Source: a virus
Lineage: Duplodnaviria; Caudoviricetes
Strand: one strand, 5' to 3'
Length of the DNA: 52,676 nt
IMG/VR virus record: IMGVR_UViG_3300047287_000308
Coordinates: 1-52,676 of that record
A program made the translations under genes and the position numbers. The notes beneath the pieces were generated by a model. It was not told where the DNA came from. It worked only from the letters and a program-made list of their open reading frames with translations, and did no database searches. This document shows, piece after piece, positions 46,678-52,676 of this stretch (its first letter is position 1; the number at the start of each line of letters is the position of its first letter).

Positions 46678-48822
46678 ATGGCCCTGTCGCAAAAAGAAAA
46701 GGACCGGATGATCCGGTTTGTACACAACTTTGTAGAATCGCAAAATGCTAGCTTCGCGGCAGAATCTAAGGTAACTAGACTAGAGCCTGGAGCTGGCATT
46801 AAACCCAGACCGGCTAAGGGTGGTGGTGCTGGGCAGAAACCTGCAGGTTCTGCTCCTCCTGCTGCTGGTGGTGCTGGTAATCAAGACGGAGGTGGTCGCA
46901 GACCGAAGCCTGGTTCTGGTATTCCTAATGACGCCGATGTGCACCCCGTTGATGCACGTATGTGGTTGCATAATGGTAATTCATACGTTGACCCGGAGAC
47001 CAGTGGTTATGAGGCCGGAAAAACTGGTCGCACTCGTCTTAAAGACCGTGCGAGAGAGCTTGCTTCCCAAGGTCTATCCAGATCCCAGATTAAGAGGGAG
47101 TTGTTTAAGCTAATTAAGAATAAAGAGGCAGGGTATGTTGACATTGAGGGGTTTGACCCTAATAACGATGCCCAAACTAACGCTATCTTAGAGAATATGC
47201 TTGAAGGGTTGGGTATGCCCAAGGGTGAAGGGGGTGAAGAAGAAAAAGGTGGTAAGCCGGGAGAAAAGCAAAAACCAGGTGCTGGTGGTGGTGACGAGTT
47301 CCTCAGAGCTCTAGGTCTTAGCGGGTCCGACCTACAAGGTATGTCAGATGCTGACAAGGATCTGATCGAAAGTTCTAGAGACATGTATAGTAAATTGGAC
47401 GATGACGAGAAGGAAGGATTTCTAGATTGGAAGAAAGGCGTAATTGCGAAAAGACTCGCCAAGTCCAAAGCTGCGGCTGGTGGTGCTCCTGCGGCTGGTG
47501 GTGGTGGTGCTCCTGCTGGTGGTGGTGCGCCTGGTGAAGAAACCCCTGCAGAAGCTGGTGGTGCACCTGGTGAAGAAGCTCCTGGCGGTGCTCAGGAGCT
47601 GGATCCGGCAGAAGTTATGAGTGCATATAAACAAATGAGGAAAGATATAGGTTTTACTCGTAAACCCACTGAGAACGAGCTTAACGCTCTGGCAGAGGAT
47701 CTTGCAGGAGATGCAAAAGATAGGGGGTTGGATTGGGATGTTAACCAAGTCAAAGATATTATCAGCGGGAAGACTGGGCGTACAGCTCAGAGAGGCGCTC
47801 CTGCGGCTGGTGGTGGTGCTCCTACTATTTCTGACGAAGAAGTACAAAATATTAAGGACGTTATAGGTGAGGCAAAAAATAGTGGTGTAACAGAAGAGGA
47901 GCTTGCCCAAGTAGTTAGGGATAATGGTGGTGCAACAGCAGAAGAGCTTGCTCAAGCGATTGATAATAGTGTTGCCAACGCTGGTGGTGGTACTCCTGAG
48001 GCTGGTGGTGCTCCGGGTGAACAAGCTCCTGCGGCTGGTGCTGCTCCTGGTGAACAAGCTCCTGCTGCTGGAGGGCGTCGTAGAAGGACGGATGCCCAAA
48101 ATTTAGAGGCTCGCAGACAACAGAGAGAGGCCGCTCAGGCTAGAGGTGAAAAACTTCCCCGTGCAGTAGCTAGAAATGCTCCTACTAGAGAGCAAGCAAG
48201 TAGAAATGCCGCACCTATGCGTGAAGCTTTAGAAAAGGGTAGAGCTAAAAAAGCAGCCGCACAAGCTTCTAACCCCACCCCTGCCGAGGGTGCTACTCCT
48301 GCTTCTAGTGGACCTCGCACGTCTGGGGGGAAAAACAGACGCCTTAACCAAACTGAGATTGATGACCTTCTAAAGTCAGTTAAAGAGGGGAGTACGCCTG
48401 AAGTTAAAAAACCCCCTGCGGCTGGTGCTGCCCCTGCTGAAAAAGCTCCTGCGGCTGGTGCCCCTGCTCCTAGAGGCGGCAGAGGAAGAGGGCGTAGTGC
48501 AACCAAACCATCTACCGAGGCTGGTCAACCCCCTGCGGCTGGTGGTGGTACGGAAACTCCTGCAGCTCAACCCGCACAAAGAGCGCCTGACGATAATAAA
48601 GCTATGAGTAATCTTAGGAGTAATATTGACAAAAAAAGAGACAAAGTAAAAGCTGCTAGGGAAAAAGCTGAAAAGAATAATAATTTCCCAGCAGCCGAAC
48701 CCCCCTACGGTTGGCATTACAACTCTAGCGGATACGACTATTCCGAAGACGACCTCGATTATTCGGAAGAATCTACTACGAGCATCTATTCTGGCATTGT
48801 TATGCCGGAGGGATGGCGATGA
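46678..48822 (+). CDS. Large Ala/Gly/Pro-rich, largely disordered protein (putative internal virion protein)
   Basis: 714 aa; small helical domains joined by APAAGG linkers; C-terminal PPYGW and MPEGWR. Confidence 0.75.
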   Translation: MALSQKEKDRMIRFVHNFVESQNASFAAESKVTRLEPGAGIKPRPAKGGGAGQKPAGSAPPAAGGAGNQDGGGRRPKPGSGIPNDADVHPVDARMWLHNGNSYVDPETSGYEAGKTGRTRLKDRARELASQGLSRSQIKRELFKLIKNKEAGYVDIEGFDPNNDAQTNAILENMLEGLGMPKGEGGEEEKGGKPGEKQKPGAGGGDEFLRALGLSGSDLQGMSDADKDLIESSRDMYSKLDDDEKEGFLDWKKGVIAKRLAKSKAAAGGAPAAGGGGAPAGGGAPGEETPAEAGGAPGEEAPGGAQELDPAEVMSAYKQMRKDIGFTRKPTENELNALAEDLAGDAKDRGLDWDVNQVKDIISGKTGRTAQRGAPAAGGGAPTISDEEVQNIKDVIGEAKNSGVTEEELAQVVRDNGGATAEELAQAIDNSVANAGGGTPEAGGAPGEQAPAAGAAPGEQAPAAGGRRRRTDAQNLEARRQQREAAQARGEKLPRAVARNAPTREQASRNAAPMREALEKGRAKKAAAQASNPTPAEGATPASSGPRTSGGKNRRLNQTEIDDLLKSVKEGSTPEVKKPPAAGAAPAEKAPAAGAPAPRGGRGRGRSATKPSTEAGQPPAAGGGTETPAAQPAQRAPDDNKAMSNLRSNIDKKRDKVKAAREKAEKNNNFPAAEPPYGWHYNSSGYDYSEDDLDYSEESTTSIYSGIVMPEGWR
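46850..48550 (+). repeat. Dispersed coding repeats CCTGC(G/T)GCTGGTG (PAAG/APAAGG)
   Basis: Clusters near 46855, 47470-47590, 47800, 47980-48070, 48415-48470, 48530. Confidence 0.85.
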
Positions 48823-49079
48823 GCCCGCTTAAGCACGGTTCGTCCGACGAGACAATCGGCCAGAACATCAGTGAAATGATGCACCATGGTCATAAACAAG
48901 ACCAGGCCGTTGCCGCTGCGCTCAGACAATCCCGCGAACACGCTGAGATTAAGGTTCCCGATGGTTGGCGTTCTGTCGTAGGTCCGAAGATCACTGCCAA
49001 GTCCAACCTTGGTGGTGATCAGGATAAAACCGCCCATACTGACTACCCTAGCCCTGATTTTGGACCTGCAGATCGATGA
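48819..49079 (+). CDS. Small modular phage protein with internal PDGW tag
   Basis: MSPLKHGSSDETIGQNISEM..KQDQAVAAAL (common small phage module) then EHAEIKVPDGWRSV; ATGA-coupled. Confidence 0.75.
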   Translation: MSPLKHGSSDETIGQNISEMMHHGHKQDQAVAAALRQSREHAEIKVPDGWRSVVGPKITAKSNLGGDQDKTAHTDYPSPDFGPADR

Positions 49080-49450
49080 ACAACCCATGCTGGAAGGGCT
49101 ACGAAGCCATCGGTATGAAGAAAAAAGACGGCGAAGACGTCCCGAATTGCGTCCCTACTGCCGACCACTCTGAGCTGGTTATTCCAGACGGTTGGCATGT
49201 ACAATACGACGAGGCGAAGTACCACAAAACTGTAACCAACCCTAAAACCGGTCGGAAAAACAAAGTCGGTTACGGTGCTAAAGGGTATCGCATCGCCCCA
49301 GGTACGTCCAAAGGCGATAGCTACTGCGCCCGATCCGAAGGCGACCGCAAGAGCGTTGGCTACGACTGTTCAGGTAAAGACCGCAATACCCCGCTATGTT
49401 TGTCTCGCGCCAAGTGGAAATGTTCTGGCAAACACTCCCGTCGTAGTTGA
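49076..49450 (+). CDS. Small basic modular phage protein with internal PDGW tag
   Basis: PCWKGYEAIGMKKKDG..VPNCVP module, DHSELVIPDGWHV, then NPKTGRKNKVGYG..SYCARS..RAKWKC module. Confidence 0.75.
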   Translation: MNNPCWKGYEAIGMKKKDGEDVPNCVPTADHSELVIPDGWHVQYDEAKYHKTVTNPKTGRKNKVGYGAKGYRIAPGTSKGDSYCARSEGDRKSVGYDCSGKDRNTPLCLSRAKWKCSGKHSRRS

Positions 49451-49478
49451 CGAAAATTGAGTTTAAGGCTATAATAGA
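49447..49478 (+). promoter_or_regulatory. Nested sigma70 promoter and late motif upstream of lysis genes
   Basis: TTGACG-17-TATAAT (49447-49475) overlapping GTTTAAGG-ctataa-TAGA (49461-49478). Confidence 0.6.
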
Positions 49479-49493
49479 GCCTTGGAGAAATTC

Positions 49494-49841
49494 ATGACCG
49501 CAGCCTTGCTATATATCTTCGTATTTTCGACCTGGGGCTTGGGACTACTCACTTGGGTGGTCGTAATGGGAATGAAAGTCCAGAAGCACAACATTTCCAT
49601 CGAGCGCAAAAAGACATCTCTGGCTAAAGAAAAGCTGTCCATGCTGGTGGGTGGAATGCTTCCTATGCCTCAGCAACTGATGTCTCGTCCAGACATCCAC
49701 GAAAAGATCAAACAATATATGAAATCTTCCTCTGGTCACCCTGAAGTCGAGGAAATCGACCCTGATGACGTCATCGTAGGTATCAGATTTGAAGGTGCTG
49801 AATATCCGCCGGAGTTCGACGACCAAGACGAAGATGAGTGA
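49494..49841 (+). CDS. Single-pass membrane protein (holin/antiholin candidate)
   Basis: N-terminal hydrophobic segment AALLYIFVFSTWGLGLLTWVVVMG; acidic tail; overlaps endolysin start; GGAG SD before ATG 49494. Confidence 0.5.
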   Translation: MTAALLYIFVFSTWGLGLLTWVVVMGMKVQKHNISIERKKTSLAKEKLSMLVGGMLPMPQQLMSRPDIHEKIKQYMKSSSGHPEVEEIDPDDVIVGIRFEGAEYPPEFDDQDEDE

Positions 49842-51120
49842 CATCCCAGCGTGTGGGCTTGACCTAATTAAGCGATTTGAAGGCTGCTCGCTAAACGCAT
49901 ACCCCGACCCGCTAACAGGTGCCGAGCCTTGGACAATCGGCTGGGGCAGCACTCGCGATGAGCAAGGCAAACCGTTCAAGCGCGGTGACAAGATCACCCA
50001 GGACAGAGCCGACCAACTTTTGTCGGACCAACTCGCAAGAGAGTACTTCCCTGCAGTTAAAAAAATTCCGTATTACGCGGAGATGTCCCCCGAGCAAGTC
50101 GGTGCTCTGTTGAGTTTTGCCTACAATCTCGGAGCAGATTTTTACGGTTCGCCAGATTTTACAACCATTAGCCGTAAGCTTTTCAATAAAGACTGGACGA
50201 CAATTCCCGACGCGCTATTACTATACCGTAATGTCGGTAGCCCCGCCGAAGAAGGACTAAAACGACGGAGAATCGCCGAAGGTGCGTTATGGTCAAAGGG
50301 GTCAACGTCTGGGGTCCAGCTCATCACCGCAAAAGTTGACACGTTGCTCAAGAAAGCACCTCTGCAGTCGTACGAGCTAGGCCCTACTGACCGTAGACCT
50401 GTAAAACGTGGCAAGAGTTACACAGCAGTTAGCATCGTCGACAACGGTGCAGGTCACAGCAAGGTAGTACTCGATTACAGCGCCGGGACTTGGTATATTT
50501 ACAACGCTCACTGGGACGTAGGTACACCAGGACAGCCCAAGACCGGCAGGTCTGACCTGAACGTTAGGTACTTCTCGCAACGGGACAGTGCTACTGTCCA
50601 TGCTCAGCGCATGTGCTTCAGCTCTTCTTGTGCTATGTTAGCGGAGTACCTCCGTCCTGGCGTACTGGGTTCTGGCAATAATCTTGATGATAAGTACATG
50701 ACCCAGTATGTGTTCAAATATGGCGACTCAACTAACTACGTAGCTCAACTGAAAGCCCTATCCGACCTCGGTATCACAGCAGAATACCGTCAAAATCTGA
50801 AAGTTGACGACATCTTAGCACAACTTGCTAACAACATCCCAGTACCAGTTGGTTTTTTACACAAAGGCCCGGTAAATGCTCCGACAGGAGACGGTCACTG
50901 GCTTATCATCACCGGAGCTGACCCTGTTGCGAAAACATGGACTGTCAACGACCCATATGGTGACTGTGATCTCATCCATGGAGGCTATCCGGGGTCGACG
51001 AACGGCGCCCATTTAACCTATAGCTGGGAGAATTTTAACCGTCGCTGGCTCGTCGATAGTTCAGGCAGATACAAAGACGGAGCAGGCTGGGGGATTATGG
51101 CCTCGCGTTGCGTTTCATGA
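49834..51120 (+). CDS. Endolysin: GH24 lysozyme + C39-like cysteine peptidase
   Basis: LIKRFEGCSLNAYPDP..WTIGWGST..ALLSFAYNLG..GLKRRRIAEG; YFSQRD..MCFSSSCAM..GHWLII..NDPYG; ATG 49834. Confidence 0.9.
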   Translation: MSDIPACGLDLIKRFEGCSLNAYPDPLTGAEPWTIGWGSTRDEQGKPFKRGDKITQDRADQLLSDQLAREYFPAVKKIPYYAEMSPEQVGALLSFAYNLGADFYGSPDFTTISRKLFNKDWTTIPDALLLYRNVGSPAEEGLKRRRIAEGALWSKGSTSGVQLITAKVDTLLKKAPLQSYELGPTDRRPVKRGKSYTAVSIVDNGAGHSKVVLDYSAGTWYIYNAHWDVGTPGQPKTGRSDLNVRYFSQRDSATVHAQRMCFSSSCAMLAEYLRPGVLGSGNNLDDKYMTQYVFKYGDSTNYVAQLKALSDLGITAEYRQNLKVDDILAQLANNIPVPVGFLHKGPVNAPTGDGHWLIITGADPVAKTWTVNDPYGDCDLIHGGYPGSTNGAHLTYSWENFNRRWLVDSSGRYKDGAGWGIMASRCVS

Positions 51121-51125
51121 CAGTG

Positions 51126-51154
51126 TTGCCCATCAGCCGCTGATGGTGTACAGT
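51126..51154 (+). promoter_or_regulatory. Host sigma70-type promoter
   Basis: TTGCCC-17-TACAGT. Confidence 0.5.
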
Positions 51155-51178
51155 GGGCGGGTCCCGACGTTCCACCAC

Positions 51179-52207
51179 GTGTCCTCTACAACCGCCTCTC
51201 GCACCATCGCCGAGATCCAGTCCAGTCTCCATAACATCGTCAAGAACAACGTCAAGCGTTCTGTCTTTATCTGGGGTCCTCCTGGAATCGGCAAGTCGTC
51301 TATCGTTCACAAGGTTGCCAAGGACAACGGCCTGGAGCTGACCGACCTCCGCATCAGCCAGCTCGCTCCTACCGACGTGCGTGGTCTGCCCTTTGTCGAG
51401 GATGGTCTGGCTCGCTTCGCACCTCCGAGCTTCCTGCCCCGTGAAGGCAAGGGCATCCTGTTCGTGGACGAGTTCAACATGGCCTCGCCCAGCATGATGG
51501 GCATTGCCCAGCAGCTCATTCTCGACCGCCAGGTCGGTGACTACACCGTTCCCGATGGCTGGTTTATTTTCGCTGCAGGCAACCGCGCCGAGGACAAGGC
51601 CGCTGTGTCTCAGATGCCTGCGCCGGTCGCTAACCGCTTCATCCACTTCACCGTCGAACCAACCCTGGATTCCTGGAAGTCTTATGCCATTGTCAAGGGC
51701 CTCAGTGAGCAGATCATCAGCTTCCTGAACTTCAGGCCCCAGCTCCTGTTCAACTTCAACAAATCCGCAGTTGCCTGGGCCAGCCCGCGCAGTTGGGAAG
51801 CAGCGAGCGAACTCCTCGGCATCGGCGAAACCATCGAAGGTGCTGTCGGAGACGGTGCTGCTGCGGAGTTCCGTTCGTTCCAGGACATCTACTCCAAACT
51901 GCCTGACGTTGAGGCCATCCTCGCTGGCAACAGGGAGATCAAGACTCCCAAGGAACCGGCGATGATGTATGCGCTGTGCGGTGCGCTTATGGCCCGTGCA
52001 AAGACAGGCGAAGCCTGCTATAATGCATTCCAGTGGCTTCTCAAGGGTACCACTCAGGACTACGTGTTCGTCTTCATGCAAGACCTCACGACCAAGGTCG
52101 CTGCCGATCCCAAGAACCCTTTGATGGGTGACTTTGTCAAGCTGTTCGGCCAGGACAAAGAGGCTCGGAAGTTCATCCAGCACATGCAGACCTTGCTGGG
52201 TTCCTGA
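51179..52207 (+). CDS. MoxR-like AAA+ ATPase
   Basis: WGPPGIGKS, DVRGLP, LFVDEFN, AAGN, ANRFIH, SPRSWE; GTG 51179 likely start. Confidence 0.92.
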   Translation: MSSTTASRTIAEIQSSLHNIVKNNVKRSVFIWGPPGIGKSSIVHKVAKDNGLELTDLRISQLAPTDVRGLPFVEDGLARFAPPSFLPREGKGILFVDEFNMASPSMMGIAQQLILDRQVGDYTVPDGWFIFAAGNRAEDKAAVSQMPAPVANRFIHFTVEPTLDSWKSYAIVKGLSEQIISFLNFRPQLLFNFNKSAVAWASPRSWEAASELLGIGETIEGAVGDGAAAEFRSFQDIYSKLPDVEAILAGNREIKTPKEPAMMYALCGALMARAKTGEACYNAFQWLLKGTTQDYVFVFMQDLTTKVAADPKNPLMGDFVKLFGQDKEARKFIQHMQTLLGS

Positions 52208-52220
52208 GATACGACACCTC

Positions 52221-52249
52221 GGCCCCGACACTGCCGGGGCCTTTCTTTT
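52221..52249 (+). terminator. Intrinsic terminator between AAA and metallopeptidase genes
   Basis: GGCCCCG-acactgc-CGGGGCC-TTTCTTTT. Confidence 0.75.
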
Positions 52250-52269
52250 CACTTCGCTAGCAACTTACG

Positions 52270-52676
52270 ATGGCCCTGACTATTGACGAGCGCATGATCC
52301 GCAACAGGGTCATCTTGCTTCGCAATCAACCGTTCTTCGGCACCCTGTTGATCAACGCTCACTGGAGAGTTGATAACGACCTTATCCCCACTGCCGGGAC
52401 TGATGGCCAGACGCTCATGATCAATGAGCACTGGATGATGGCCCTTGACGATCCTAAGTTTCAGGCCGTGCTCCTGCATGAGGTTCTGCACATGGCCCTG
52501 GAGCACGTCGACCGGATGAAGGACGTCTTTGAAGTCGACCCTCTTACTGCAAACCTCGCTGTTGATATTGTTGTCAACGGCATCATCAGGGACAATAACC
52601 TCCCTCTGCCGGAGGGTGGCATCTGGGACGACAAGCTCAAGCACCTGTCTGCAAGGGAGATCTACAACATCCTCAA
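52270..52676 (+). CDS. DUF2201-type metallopeptidase/VWA partner of MoxR AAA, 3'-truncated
   Basis: Translated by hand: MALTIDERM..QPFFGTLL..PTAGTDG..LLHEVLHMALEH..NLAVDIVVN (HExxH); runs off the window. Confidence 0.88.
   Translation, partial: MALTIDERMIRNRVILLRNQPFFGTLLINAHWRVDNDLIPTAGTDGQTLMINEHWMMALDDPKFQAVLLHEVLHMALEHVDRMKDVFEVDPLTANLAVDIVVNGIIRDNNLPLPEGGIWDDKLKHLSAREIYNIL

Noticed and set aside
51540-51565. YTVPDGWF in the AAA ATPase as another tag copy
   Set aside because: PxGW at this position before AAGN is a conserved structural feature of MoxR-like ATPases, inside a folded domain; not counted
51095-52644. 385-aa and 131-aa antisense ORFs
   Set aside because: Mirror the AAA ATPase and metallopeptidase genes; the plus strand has clear family motifs
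1-52676. Stop-codon reassignment, tRNA genes, or eCIS/prophage identity
   Set aside because: Genes tile tightly in the standard code with all three stops used; no cloverleaf found; terminase plus replication genes and no host housekeeping genes or integrase indicate a phage genome

Overview
A 52.7 kb, gene-dense segment of a large contractile-tailed (myovirus-like) dsDNA phage. The host is most likely a cyanobacterium, judging from a Mo-nitro_C-type gene, cyanophage-type tail and small virion proteins, phoH and a SigF-like sigma factor. Structural genes: tail fibre/adhesin genes, baseplate genes (J, P2-I-like, gp25, spike, hub/lysin), tape measure, terminase large subunit and a lysis cassette. 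Replication and nucleotide genes: SSB-like, nrdB/nrdA, dUTPase/MazG-like, NMP kinase, 5'-3' exonuclease-SF3 helicase fusion and an AEP primase. A MoxR-type AAA + metallopeptidase pair closes the window. No portal, major capsid, sheath, tRNA, integrase or CRISPR array was recognised. Main findings: (1) a short peptide tag, P-[DE]-G-W, kept at protein level in otherwise unrelated, mostly late-expressed proteins including an HNH nuclease, a candidate capsid-targeting system; (2) a recurring G[TG]TTAA[AG]G-N5/6-TA late-promoter motif together with a phage sigma whose region 4 looks degenerate; (3) a glutaredoxin inserted inside NrdA; (4) an exonuclease-helicase fusion; (5) a circularly permuted M23 peptidase; (6) several structured intergenic RNA candidates. 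All family calls are by motif recognition; no searches were run.
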